Shown here: in pieces, positions 27,670-40,442 of the stretch | Position numbering within the stretch: the first letter of the stretch is position 1 | Layout of the letters: the number at the start of each line of letters is the position of its first letter | Source of the DNA: Lama glama | Lineage: Eukaryota | Assembly (NCBI GenBank): GCA_028534125.1 | Contig: CM052817.1 | Span: forward strand, 19,346,001-19,410,000 | Length of the DNA stretch: 64,000 bases | Reading direction: 5' to 3' | Notes under the pieces: generated by a model | Seen by the model: only the letters and a program-made list of their open reading frames with translations | Databases searched by the model: none | What the model was told of the DNA's origin: nothing | Program-made: the position numbers and the translations under genes

Positions 27670-28040
27670 TGAGATGGCTTTGCTACTGCTCTTTTCTCTG
27701 CCCGGAATGATTTTTCCTGAGATATCTCTTTGGTTGATGCCTTCACTTCCTTCACTCAGATCTCAGCTTATCAGTGAGATCTACTGTGAACACCTTATTT
27801 AGTGCTTCAACCTCTTCCACCTGTCCCCTCTGGCATTCTGGGTTATCTTTACCTTGCTCTGTTTTTATTTATTTTCCCATGGGACTTAAAATCTGATCAC
27901 ATATTAGAGCATCAGTTTACTATATTTTTCATCCTTATTTTTAATTCTTCAGCTCCAGCAAGGCAGAGACTTTTGTAGAATTCCAAACACAAAGATCCTG
28001 GCAGCAGAGGACATTTAAAAAATACTCTAATAATGAATGT
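27670..28040 (+). mobile_element. L2 LINE 3' fragment
   Basis: gctttgctactgctcttttctctgcccggaatg...cttcacttccttca...tctcagctta. Confidence 0.65.
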
Positions 28041-28169
28041 AAGAGAAGGAAGGAAGGAGTAAGGAACCTAGGGAGGGAGGGAAGGATAGGAGGAAGGAAG
28101 GAATGAAGGATAGTAATTAGAAGCCAAATAAAGGATTAATTCTCTCTTTCTGCAACTTTAATGCATATT

Positions 28170-28600
28170 TATTTCAGTTCAGTTCAACAAGGGTTTACTG
28201 AACACCACTATATTTTAACTATTACTGAGTGTTACAATACATAGATAAATGATAAATTCACCCTCAGTTAAAGGAGCTTGTAATGATTTGGGAATACGAC
28301 CATCTTTTCATAATGCAGGGAAGTATTATAGATGTTGGAATATTGTGTGATGGGAATGCTGTGCTAGATTTGCACTTTAAACCCATCCTTGTTGCTTCTC
28401 GATAATCCAGTGGCAAGGATGGGGGTGCTGTGTGAAGTACAACAATAGAGGCTTTGAGACCAGTCAGGAGGCTCATGCAATAGTCAGGTTAAAGAGGATG
28501 TGTGCCTGAACTACAGCAATGGTGACATCGACAGGAAGGCAGGGATGGACCTCTGAAGTATTTGGGAGATAACATCAGAGGAACAGGATGAATGGTTAAG
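28170..28600 (-). mobile_element. L2 LINE fragments
   Basis: ttcagttcaacaagggtttactgaacaccactat and gagaccagtcaggaggct...gcaatagtcagg...gcctgaacta. Confidence 0.65.
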
Positions 28601-29109
28601 GATGAGAGATTTGCTGGTAGTAAGGTGTGGATTTCAGAATAAGCGAATTAAATTGATTCAGCATTATGACAACTATTATTTAATACAGTTACATGACAGT
28701 AGAAGGGATACCCAATCCGGTGATCACAGCAAAGGAATCAGGAGAACATGATACTGAGAAACCCCAATTTGGGGTGTTCCTAGTGTTTCCAGCCGCTGAA
28801 AGTTAACTGATATTATCAGAGCCAGGCATTGGGAAGGAGTCAGGGGACGCATCAGCTCAAAGAGCCAACAGTTATTCAGTTTTGTTCTGTATGTTTACTT
28901 ATTTGATTTGCCCTAAGACAAGTTACTAATATTTTTTTTTAAATTTCAGAGATTGGTAAGAAAGGAGAATATGCCAATTCAGTCCATTTTCTATGAAACC
29001 AAAGATTTAGAAAATAAGTTGAGAAAAATGCATGAGAAGTGTTGCACTTACTTAAAACAAGAATGCCATGGAAAGGTCTGACATATTAATACATGATTTC
29101 ACAAGTATC

Positions 29110-29255
29110 TGTTAGTGTCATAGTGCATAATTCATCACTCCATGTGGATGGGCACATTATCTTGTTTGTCCCTCTGACTCTAGGATCTAGCCCAGGTCTT
29201 GGCAGTATTGGATCTCAATAAATCTTCTTTTGATGGCTGAACAAATGAATGAATA
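29110..29255 (+). mobile_element. L2 LINE 3' tail
   Basis: ctccatgtggatgggcac...tcttgtttg...tctcaataaat...gaatgaat. Confidence 0.65.
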
Positions 29256-29269
29256 GAAAGATTATTAAC

Positions 29270-29480
29270 AACATGGGCTTTGGAACCAGAGAGAAATGTT
29301 TTAACTCCTAGAACTGCCACCTTGAGAGAGCTACTTTATTTTCTGAATTCAGTGTCCTCATATGTAAAATAGAAATAATAATAACTCTACCTCATAGGGC
29401 TGCTGACATTTAAAAATTATAATAATTATTTAGAACACTTAGCATAGTGACCAGCATGTAGTGTGTGTTAATAATGACTA
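29270..29480 (+). mobile_element. MIR SINE
   Basis: ggctttggaaccaga...tcagtgtcctcatatgtaaaatagaaataataata...ctacctcatagggctg...acttagcatagtg. Confidence 0.8.
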
Positions 29481-32359
29481 TAATGTTTCTGTTTGTGTGC
29501 CAGGTGGATTTTAAGCCACAAATGAATTTGAATTTTTAAAGCAGCCTTCAAAATCGTGACCATTATTGTGTACTCAGTAAGCCAGAGGGCAAATCCCTTG
29601 AACCGAATCTCAGTGAGGAAAACAGATCTTCAACCCCTTTTCCTATAAACCTTCAGTTGCATTATTTCACCATTTTTTCTCTTTTTTGACTACTCTTAAT
29701 CAAAGATAAGAAATATGTCATATAATTAAATGCTTAAAAATGAAACCATTTGCCTTATAATGGAAAGTGCTGAGAAATGACTAGCCGTATTTTAAAAATA
29801 GTTTATTCTTTTAGAGAATATGTTTGAATTATATTTATGTAATGAATATATTCAGTGGTTTTTAGAAACTTAGAGGTGTTTTAGAAGTGTAGTGAAAGTT
29901 TCATTGTATTCCCTGGAAACTGATGGGATCCTATGTAGCAAATGTTGTAGGTTTAGTGCTCTTAAGGAATGTTCCACAATCACAAAAAGTCCAGGACCGA
30001 TTCTTGCTGTTGATGAGATGGATAAAAACTGCATGATCAGGTACCATCTTCGTTTTAAGAAGTCTTATCATCCATTAACAAGGCAGGTCTGGAGGAGAAC
30101 ATAAGAGAAACTGTAGTGTTAGACTCACTGACCACCTAGTGGCTCAAATACAAGATCTAGACTAAGAAATATAAAAGGCACCGAGGAGCTTCAGTAAAGG
30201 GAATAAAACCTAGCAATCCAAATGGATTCATAAGAACAAGTCCTGTTTTTTCATTCATTCATCCATTCAGGCCCTTGGTTATTTGGTCAGTTATGCCACC
30301 CATGCTAATTAAATGCCAAATAAGTGCCAGGCCTCTGGCCAGCTGCTGCCAATGATTGATAATGGTTATGAGGTCTTCTATCCAGTCAACAAATTAATGC
30401 AGTCATCCACCTATCTTGACTCTTCTGTGAAGTTGTGAATAGCTACCTGATTACTAGTGTTAACTACATGACCAAATTCGGAATCCCGAAAAGCAATAGT
30501 TAGTTTTGTTTTTGCCAAAAAACAAACAAAATAATACACGATACACTGGGAATAGATACTCAAGCAGAGAAATTTCCCCTGAGTGTTATAGAGGGCTATT
30601 CTAAATCAATCAATCAATAGAGTTGGAAATGAATTATGTTTAGGCAGCATTGCCTAAAGGCAAGAAAACTTTCCTGAAAGACATTTCCATAAAAATTCCC
30701 TTTGCTCCTATGGATGATTGATTTTAAAACCAGACATTAGCATTCCAGTAGAATATTTTTTAAGGTAGTGTTTTGCCAAGAATTGTAAGGAAGGTTACTA
30801 AGGCCACCCATGTGTATTGCAACCACTTGATGTATATAATTCCCACTCAGGCTTCAACTGTAGCTAGGAAAACATTCTTATTGATCAGATTATCATCCTG
30901 TTTTTCCCTGACAGACATGGGGTTCAGAATTAGGATACTTCTCAACACAGCAGAGTTAAGGTAAGTCCTATTTGTCTCTCTTAGTTCAATAAATAGATGG
31001 GCTGACTAGTGATCTGGAATGTTTATGTTATTGATATAATTCATCATTAATTTTGGTGATATCTCATCAAGATAAATGAGCTTATATATTTAATATATAG
31101 AGTCATGTAAAATTCCTTGTTCAGTACTTTGAAAATTAATAAGTGCAATTTTTGATAGATTATATCAACAGCCATGTTACAAGGGGTGAACATTTAAGTT
31201 AGAATGAATGTCAGAAGCAATGACTTGACTAAAATGTTTGCTGTTTTTATATAATCCGTTAAGTCTTTGATTATTTGAAAAGCATAAGAAAATGAGTTGA
31301 ATAATATATGCAAATTCTCTTGCCCTTCTCAAAGGAAAGATAAAATGTAAAGCTTGGAATTAATTCTTTCAAGCATTATGTTTCCTACATAACTAACTTT
31401 CCAGTGCTAAAATGTATTTACTTCAATAAAACATGACTGTCTAAATGAAAGGATAAATCTTTAAAACATAAATACCAAATTTCTGTGGTTAACATTCAGT
31501 AATTTCTAAGAAAAATTTTGACAAATCCAATGGACAGTAGTCAGAAAACAAATCTATTACATAACTTCACTCAAAACTGATGAAATATTAGAAATTCAAG
31601 TGAAAAATAAATATAAATCCTAGCTTGGAAATAGTTACATTTCAAAATGGGAGTGGGGGGGAACTGCATATATATATATAGTCAATTAACCAATCAAAGT
31701 GAATATGTTACAGTTATTCTGTGTCATGCATGACAAAGTAGAGGTCAAAAACTGCTTAAATCAATGGAAGAAACATATAGTAAAGGGTCAGATTCATATA
31801 TTTCATTCTCAGGTAGGCGATCCTGGAACAATATTCATAAAATACTTACATATGATATATAGTGTTGTTCTTCCTTAATAAATGCCTTTCAGTTAGAAAA
31901 TTATAGCTACTTTAATTGCATTTACTGTAAACTCTAGACACTTGAAAAACATGCAGAGAGGTTATCAACTAGTGGGAGAGATTCTAATACGGAGCTTAGA
32001 AGAAACTGGTTATCTGCTTGGAAGTTCAGTTTTTCTAAGTCTGTCTTAGCCTAGATGCATATTAAAATAGAAGAATGCACAGCATTAGATTTAGGAAAAA
32101 TTCTCTTAATCAGCAATTTTGGAGGAGAAGCCTAATAATCTACATTTCTTAGGTGTATCTGATGTAATACTGATGAATAACCAACTTTGAGAAATCCTGA
32201 TATAAAAGTTTGATGAGAAGATCTGGGTACTGAGTAGAAATGCTGTCACCAAACTGGGACAAGCTACTCCCCTGCTAGGGTCCTTAGTTTATTTATCTAT
32301 AAAATAAGGGTGTTGGGCTAAGTAGGATCTGCAGACATCTCGCAACACTTAAATGGATT

Positions 32360-32562
32360 ATGGAGACTGTTGTGTCTATCGTGACAAACATTGCTAATAA
32401 TGAGGTAGAACAGAATAGAAAAGACAGTACCATAGGGCATTACACATGCTAAATGTAACTGCTGTATTGTGAAACTTTTTTTGGTTGTTTGTATATATGT
32501 ACACTGGGATATGATTTTGTTTACAGTGAGTTATGGTCAATTATTCAAGAACACTTGACTAG
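32360..32562. mobile_element. hAT-Charlie MITE remnant (MER103C-like)
   Basis: aatagaaaag...tattgtgaaactttt...atatatgtacactggg...agttatggtcaa resembles MER103C. Confidence 0.5.
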
Positions 32563-33118
32563 ATGACTTCTAAAATTTCTTTCATTTGAAAATACTAAAA
32601 ATATGATATTTCTTCCCCTGGGCTAGGGACTTCAAGGGCAGAATCACTGAAGTGTTTAAAGAGGAAAATCAATCTACACATCACTTCTACGTCTAATATG
32701 TTTTAAAGGAAATCAAGTAGAAAACTGCAAACATTAGTATGATTTTAAAAATACTGCCCCATACAAGGTCAATATAGTTCTGTGTGCTAGAAATAACAAA
32801 TGAAAAAAAAAATCTAAGGAATAAATATTATCTATTTTAATAGTAAATGAAATATGAAACATTCATGAATATACAGGGCATTATACAGATATTATTTAAG
32901 TTAAAATAACCATTTTTAAGACAAATAAGTACAATAAAATAAAAACACATAGGAACACATGAAAATGTCTAGTGCTAATTTTTGTTAGAACATGAATGAA
33001 GCAACAATTCAAATAGATCAGAAATCAGTGGAACAGAAAGTCAAGAAATAAACACGTAACACATACACAAATACATGCATAGAGGATTTAATAAAGAATG
33101 TATAGTACCACTCTGAAG

Positions 33119-33300
33119 CAGTGATTCTCAGCCTTAGCTGTGCGTTATAATCACCTGGGGAGGTTTAAGAAGTACTGATGCCTGGATGCCAACCCCAGAG
33201 ATTCCAATTTAATTGCTCTGGGGTGTGGCCTGGGTACTGGGAGTTTTAAAAGCCCCCCAACTAATTATATATAATATTCAACCAAAGTTGAGAATTATTG
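33119..33300. mobile_element. MER5A hAT MITE
   Basis: cagtgattctca...aatcacctgggga...ccccagagattc...aattgctctggggtgtggcctggg...gttgagaattattg, with degenerate TIRs. Confidence 0.85.
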
Positions 33301-34136
33301 CTTAAGGGAATTGAACGCTTTTATTTACAATCACACATCAAAATCTGAACTTTGACAACAAACCCTCCAGGTGCATAAAATGAACTAGACCATGTATTCT
33401 AATTCATCTTGACTGTCATCTTCATGGGTTTTTCTGTCCCCAGTTACTACTGTCATTATCAATTATAACCCCTAAGCATACTTGAGATTAATCAGAGTTA
33501 GAAAAATGCCTTGTTACTTTGGTATATTACGAAGAAGAACAAAGAAAACCATATAGTATATAAAATATATATGCATTTCAAGAGGAAATTATTTTAATCA
33601 CTCACTTTTGACTTATAACTAAAGCCCATAGGCTTAGTCCTATTTTATCCTTTATTCCCCATATCTCCTCGACACTTAACATCTTTCAGCCAAGGCCAAG
33701 GGAATATATATCTTTGCCCACTGTGGGCCTTTTCACTCTGCACAATTTTTCATTTTTCCTAATATTTATGCTTCTTTTCAGGTGAGTCAAACTTACCAGT
33801 GGAGATACTTCTATACATTAAACATGCTTATTCTCATTGTGAGATCAGTAGTATAATATCATGTCCATAAAATTCTTATAAACACACACAAACACATTTG
33901 GATTTTTAAAAAAATAAATGTAAGAATAGTTTAGAATGTTTTCAAAACAGAAGAGGTTAAGGGAAGCTAATTTTCCATAAAAAGATTTTAAGAAAATGAA
34001 GGATAATAATAATGTGTATTGGTTATTGGTGATCAGTTAGGAAGAAAGTCAGGTATGATTCCTACAGTATACTAAGATAAATTACAACAATATTAAAATT
34101 CAGTAGAAAAATCAATGGAAACCTCAAATATTAAAG

Positions 34137-34640
34137 CTTACTAATCAGCTGAAGTTAGGGTAGGGAGATAAACTGGATTATACAATTTGGCCAATGTAGT
34201 CACTTGAGCCCAGCCAAGAAGAAAAAGATGGCAAAAGAAATGTGTAAAAATGTTGAGGTAGAACTCTGAGAGAGGTAACTGACCAGCATCTGCTGGCTTT
34301 GAAGGGGACCATGAGGCAGGAAATATGGGCGAAACTCTACATGCTGACAACGATCCCTGGCTGACATCCAGCATGGAACCAGGTACCTCAGTCTAAACAC
34401 ATGGAGGTGAATTCTATCATCAACTTGAATGAGTCTGGGAGCATGCTCTCCCAGGGCCTCAAGAAAGGAAGGCAGCTCTGCCAACACCTTGATTCTAGCT
34501 TTGTGAATTCTAAGCATGGAACTGACTGAGCCATACTGTTTATAGTCTTCTGACTCATATAAACTGTGAGATAATAAATAGGTGTGTTAAGTTGCTAAGT
34601 CTGTGGTAATTTGTTATGGCAGCAACAGAAAAGTAACATA
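34137..34640 (+). mobile_element. MaLR solo LTR (MLT1E/F-like)
   Basis: ctaatcagctga...gctggctttgaag...caacttgaatgagtctggga...aactgtgagataataaat...ttgttatggcagcaacagaaaa. Confidence 0.85.
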
Positions 34641-35100
34641 GCACCTCTCCACTTCATTCAATGCACCGAAGTTACTGGTAACTGATGTACATTCAATGGC
34701 TCCCAGTTGTCCCCAGGATGAAGACCAAGAATTATAAAGTACTTCATGATCTGACCTTTGTTTATCTCTCCAGTTTATTCTTATTCATTCCTAACTCCCA
34801 ATGTCCAAGCCCCAAAGTATTTGTTCTTCATATGGCTTACCATTCTTCTTTTTTTCAAATCTCAATTTCCCGGCTTTGGATAGCCAGCTCCACTAATCTT
34901 TTATATCCTGGTTTACACATTCTGTGGAAACTTCGGGACTGGTTTAGCTTCATCATTTTTATTAACTGTTACATAACCTGCACTTACATTCTCATAGTAC
35001 TTTTATCATCCAGATTTATAAATGTCTGTTTGCTTATTTATAGTTCCTGTAGACCTATCTCTAATTTCTAATTCATGTAAACTGAAAGCTTATTAATGTA
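34640..35100 (+). mobile_element. L2 LINE fragment
   Basis: ttcaatggctcccagttg...aggatgaagacca...catgatctgacc. Confidence 0.55.
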
Positions 35101-36775
35101 TTCACTCATTTATATTGTGAAACAAACCCCAGTTGAGAATATACTAAAAGGTAAAGAACTAAGGAGACGGAATTACCAGAGATGAGTTTTCTGTGGAAAT
35201 CATATTCAAGAGGAGATTTAAAGTATTAGAAAGGACTAGCCATTGGAATCATTGTGAAAAATCATTGTTGGGAGGCAAAAATGTCTGAGGTTAAATCATG
35301 AGTTTTTGTTGATTTCTAGAACAGAATTTATATTTTATTCTTATTTCTATGAAATTGATGCAATGTAGTGATGGACTACATAAAGAGTGGTTTGGAGGAC
35401 ACAGGATAGGACAGTTTGAGTTTATCTTCTTAGTACCGGAGATGTTAGTGAATTGGTCTTAAGTGTTGGCCATAAACAAAGAAAAAAGAATTTGGATTAA
35501 ATCAAAGGAACCTACTAATAGTTTTAATGTGTACATGATAAAGAACTGTACATCATTAAGGGCCTACTGTTCACAATTGTTTACCTAAAAATGACATAAT
35601 GTCCATCATGTAGTAGGCATTCCTGAATAATTATTGGCTGGATGAGTGAATAAGAGAAAGAATAACAAAATACTTATGAGACTAAAAGTGATTTCCTTGT
35701 GGAAGGGAAAATATGCCATCTATGATGGCATAAATTACACAAAGCAGCGTCCCTGTTACATATTTGGTGCCCAGTAAGTAACTGCCTGTGAAAGGAAGAC
35801 AGATTTTCTGTAGAGTTTAATGTTACTTCAATTCCAAATATTTCTTCTCGCTATCTACATTTGTCTTTTGTCAAACTTGATGCATAAAATGAAAATATAT
35901 ATATTAGCATGCATTAACCAGTTTCTTTGACATAATGAGTATTTAACAAAAATGATACACAGTTGAGTAATTTTGATACAGTGCCATTTTCTTTTTGATA
36001 ACTGTTACATGGATTAATTTTCTCATTTGCTCCTTTAAAGTGTAAAAGTTGGAAAACAATGCACATTTTAATCACAATAGTTGTTTTACTTCCAGTTTTT
36101 GAAGTCGAAGACGGAATTCTAAGTAAATAGTTGAGCAACATTTGAATACTTCAATGACTCAAAACTATAAAATCTAATCTATCAAATTACTATGCTTAGA
36201 ATAATGTTAATATTTCTAAAGAGATTGAGAACCACTTCTTCAATAAATTAATTAAAATGTCAAAACTTTTTTTTACTTAAATGGACTTAATTTTTCTTGG
36301 TATAAGATTTAAACAAAGACTAAAATTTAAATGATAGCTAATTTTTGCTTTTCAGGTAAATGTCTGCTAACAATTTTTAGCAATTAGTAAGCTATACATT
36401 CTTAATTATCAATATAAAATATCTAGTTGGGTTGTCACTTGGGTGTCTGGAATTAGACATTTTTCTTCTTTCATTAAATGCATCTATATAAAACTATATT
36501 TTTTTCTGACAATGCTAATGTAATATTCCTTAAATATTGTTAAGTATGCTCTACAATTTCCTTTGAGCTATATAATAGGATATTTTACATACAATATTAA
36601 AAGATGAATTATTACTTGAAATCAAGCATATTAAAAACAAATGTTTCATTACAGAATATTTTATGCTTTTGTTTTGGGAAAAACAAGTGGATGGTAAGAT
36701 TACATTTAAGTCAAGCTTTATTTCTTTTTCCAATAGGTAACCTGACAGTTTCCAATCCTCAGTGTAAATCCTCAA

Positions 36776-36824
36776 TTTTTGTTTAATTGAAGTATAGTCA
36801 GTCACACTGTGCCAATTTCTGTTG
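36776..36824 (-). mobile_element. Extreme 3' tip of a young L1 (about 50 nt)
   Basis: tttttgtttaattgaagtatagtcagt is the reverse of the actgactatacttcaat terminus seen in the other L1 copies. Confidence 0.7.
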
Positions 36825-37019
36825 GTTTCCCCCCCCATTTTTTGAGCACTTATAAAGGAGAAGGACTAACCTGAGCCCTTTCTAGAATATTAATTTCAGA
36901 AAAGTGTTCCAAAAACATTATTCCCAAGACATGGGAGTATCAGAACACGTACTAATTATTTTATGAAGGGTCAATGACATTCTCCCTCTATCTACCCATC
37001 CCTTATTTTCTTCAATAAT

Positions 37020-37150
37020 TAGTTCATTTATTTGTCCAACATATATATTGAATGCTGGCAATGTCCTCGACACATGAATTTACACTCTTGAAAATGATAC
37101 ATATGGTATCTGCTCTCATGAGCTTATCATCTAGTCTAGGGCACAGACAT
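37020..37150 (-). mobile_element. L2 LINE 3' tail
   Basis: ttcatttatttgtccaacatatatattgaatgc...tgctctcatgagctta..tctagt. Confidence 0.65.
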
Positions 37151-37304
37151 GAAAACGTAAACACAAATTATATTAGAAGCAACAAAAGATGAAAATAAAT
37201 CTAAGAAAGCAATTTTGCACTTGATCTCCTTTACCTCTGATTTCATATCTACTATTAATATAGTATGAAAATAAAAAATATGATATTCAGGCATTAGGAA
37301 GCCA

Positions 37305-37771
37305 CCAAATGGTTAAATTGTGCCCGTAACCCCCTACCCCCAAAAGATGTTTATCAGGAACCTATAATTGTGAACTTTATTTGGGAACAGGATCTTTGCA
37401 GATATAATTAAGTTAAGCATCTCAAGATAAGGATACCCTAGAATTAGAATGGCCCCTAAATCTACCAACAGACATCTCCATGAGAGATGGGCAAAGGGAA
37501 ATTTGAGACAAAGGCACAGGGGAGAAAGCCAAATGAAGATGAAGGCAGAGACTGGAGTTACGCAACCGCAAACCAAGAAGCCTCTGGAGCCAACCAGAAG
37601 CTTAAAGAGGTAGGGAGTTATTTTCCCTTAGACCCTTCAGAGGAAGTGCAGCCTTGCTACCTCCTTGACTTAGGACTTCTGGCCTCCAGAACCGTGGGAA
37701 AATAAATTTCTTTTGTTTTAAGGCACCAACTTTGTAGCAATTTGTTCTGAAAGACCTAGGAAACTAATATA
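37305..37771 (+). mobile_element. MaLR solo LTR (MLT1B/C-like)
   Basis: atctttgcagatataattaag, ggccctaaatc-like motif, gaagatgaaggcagagactggagt, ggacttctggcctccagaac, ggaaactaatata. Confidence 0.9.
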
Positions 37772-38499
37772 GAGTGGCAGGGCCTGACTTTTATTTTTAA
37801 AAGGCTATGGAAACATAATTTTGGAAGTGTGAAGGCCAGGTGAGGGCTGCCTTCGTTACCCAAATAAGGAACGTTTATGGTCTGGACCAATACGTAAGTT
37901 GAGATGGAAGCAGTGGATCAGGGAAGTCAATCAATATGACCCTCAGAACATTTGCAGAAATAGTTGGGTAGATGGGGATATTGTTTACTTAGATGTGAAA
38001 GACAGGCAGAAGAGTGGGGGAGAGGGTAGTTTTTAATTCAAATATGAAATAGGAGATAAAAGAAGAGAAAATGTCATAGTAAATTTTGATATGCAAGATT
38101 TATGGACACAGACACACACATGCTTTTATTTGTGTTCTAAGCTCCTATTTAAATTACATTCTTAATGTAGATTACAATTTCAAATATTTGAAAACCATCT
38201 TTTAAAGGATAAAACTTTGATGTAAAAAGTTTATTTACCTAAGGGAGGCAAAGGAAGTAACGAGCACAGAGAAAGATTTCACAGGGTGCTGACGATGCAG
38301 AGTGGTGAGAACCCATCTCCGCCCATGATGGATGTTTTAAAGGTCAGCAAGTTTCAAGATTTACGTCATAAACATGGATAGAACTGTGTCACGTGGCCAC
38401 GGGAGAGGCAAATGCTTTCTAGTAGACCAAGTATAATATGCAAAACCAATGATGTAGTAACTCAGGTTATGTTGCAAGCACTTTAGTAATAAATAGATC

Positions 38500-38514
38500 G
38501 TTGCCCAGAGCAAC
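38500..38514. promoter_or_regulatory. RFX X-box motif
   Basis: GTTGCC-CAG-AGCAAC fits GTNRCC(N0-3)RGYAAC exactly. Binding is not demonstrated. Confidence 0.4.
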
Positions 38515-39967
38515 CTGCTTTTCTTCTTACTGGACTGGGAATGTGTCTAGATGGAGCTCAGTGCCCTTAGCTTGGCCTTGCCGGAGGTCTCCATTCCGCT
38601 GCCTCGGCAGTGCCTCTTGGCTCTTGGAAGTAGCACATGGACAGGAGGCTGTGCTCTGATCAGAAGCACAAGAGGCGTGTCCTGACTGCTAGTCAAGAGT
38701 TCAGGCTGCCGAACTGCTCATCTTTCGGTGGCCGGTCCGAACGTAGTGCCCATGTATTCATATTCGGTACATGTTAATCAGCAGACTCATTCCAGAATTT
38801 CATCACTGCCTCCCACTGAAAATGCTCGGGTTTTAAAGTTTGGTTTACTTTTGAGCTTTTTCTCCTTCTTACGTGGCTCTTGATAGCAGTGCAGTTATAA
38901 TGAGCAAAGCCAACCATTAATCCATTAGGGTATATGTATGCCTCAGAGCAGGGATCTCAAATTACCTCTGAGCACCCTTCCCCAAAGCCTCATTGGGCTG
39001 AGCCCCGGGCCCGGTGCCGGGGCTGTGCCCCCTTCTCAGCCTGGGGGAGTCTCAGCAAGGGGGCTGCCTGACAGCTGCCTCTCTTGCTCCTTTGCATCTG
39101 TGAATCCAACCTTTGCTCCCAACTCCTGCAACCTGCTAAAGACCTCCAGTTAATCAGAACTGCTCATCCACAGAATCAGGTGCCTTTGTTCTTCATATTT
39201 TTTCCCATCCTTTATTTTCCTTTTTAATCTCCTAGTTATAGTAGAGAAAAAATTTATTTTAATCAAACTCCAGTATAGCTTGTGTCAAGACTTAATAAAG
39301 GGCTTGACTTAATAAATGAATAAATAAATACATAGATAAATAAGTAAAAATGAATAGGTCGTTGCAGATGTACGTGCGAGTATACAAAGAAGGGGGTGGC
39401 CCATATGGAGGCAAGAAATAGGATCTCATGGTCCTAAAATGTCACACAATAGATTCTGCTTGGATCTTTGTGATTTGGGAAGCTGCTGATAGGTTTTAAA
39501 AGGTGGCGTTCAGGATCTGAACAGATTTTTAGTACCGAGAAGCTACATTCTGTGTCAACACAGGGTGTGCTATTCTCAGGAAGTTTCTAAGAGTGTATAT
39601 TGGCTTTAATTAGCACAAAAGAATATGTTACTGCTCTATTTGTTTGAGACAAATATACCTACAATAACTAAGGATGGAAGCAATGCCCCACTGCTCCCTT
39701 GCTTCTGAGGATAACAACAATGTTCTGTGATTCTCTTCTGTTTACATCCTTCAAGACAATAAATATTTTTAAAAGTAGAACTACAAAGAACATTTTTAGA
39801 GTCAAATTGGTGGTGGTGGGGCTTTAAACTTGAAGAAACATCATCAATAAGGGCATCTGAATCCAGTTTTTTTAGATCCAGTTTCTCTCTCTCTCCTTCT
39901 CTGATAATCTGGACAGTGAGCTGTGTCACTGAATATAGAGATAGTCCCCTGTAAGGATTTTAAATGT

Positions 39968-40058
39968 TTATATATATATTATATATATATATATATATAC
40001 ATATACACACACACACATATCTATACACATACAGACATACATACACACACCCATATAT
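39968..40058. repeat. Compound (TA)n/(CA)n microsatellite at the tail of the adjacent minus-strand L1
   Basis: TA then CA/CATA units, directly abutting the L1 3' end. Confidence 0.9.
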
Positions 40059-40442
40059 ATTTATTGAAGTATAGTCAGTTTACAATGTTGTGTCAATTTC
40101 TGGTGTACAGCACAATGCTTCAGTCATACATGAACATACAGATACTTGTTTTCATATTTTTTCACCATAAATTACTACACTATATTGAATATAGTTCCCT
40201 GTGCTATACAGTATGAACTTGTTGTTTATCTATTTTATATATGTTAGTATCTGCAAATCTCGAACTCCCAGTTTAACCTTTCCCACCCTCTTCCCCTCCG
40301 GTAACCATAAGTTTGTTTTCTATGTCTATGAGTTTCTTTCTGTTCTGTAAATAAGTTCGTCTGTCTTTTTTAGATTTAACATATAAGTGATATCGTATGG
40401 TATTTTTCTTTCTCTTTCTGGCTTACTTTACTTAGAATGACA
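40059..40442 (-). mobile_element. Young L1 3' end
   Basis: ttattgaagtatagtcagtttacaatgttgtgtcaatttctgg...ttctttctctttctggcttact is the reverse of the 3'UTR of the 47.1 and 57.0 kb copies. Confidence 0.93.
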
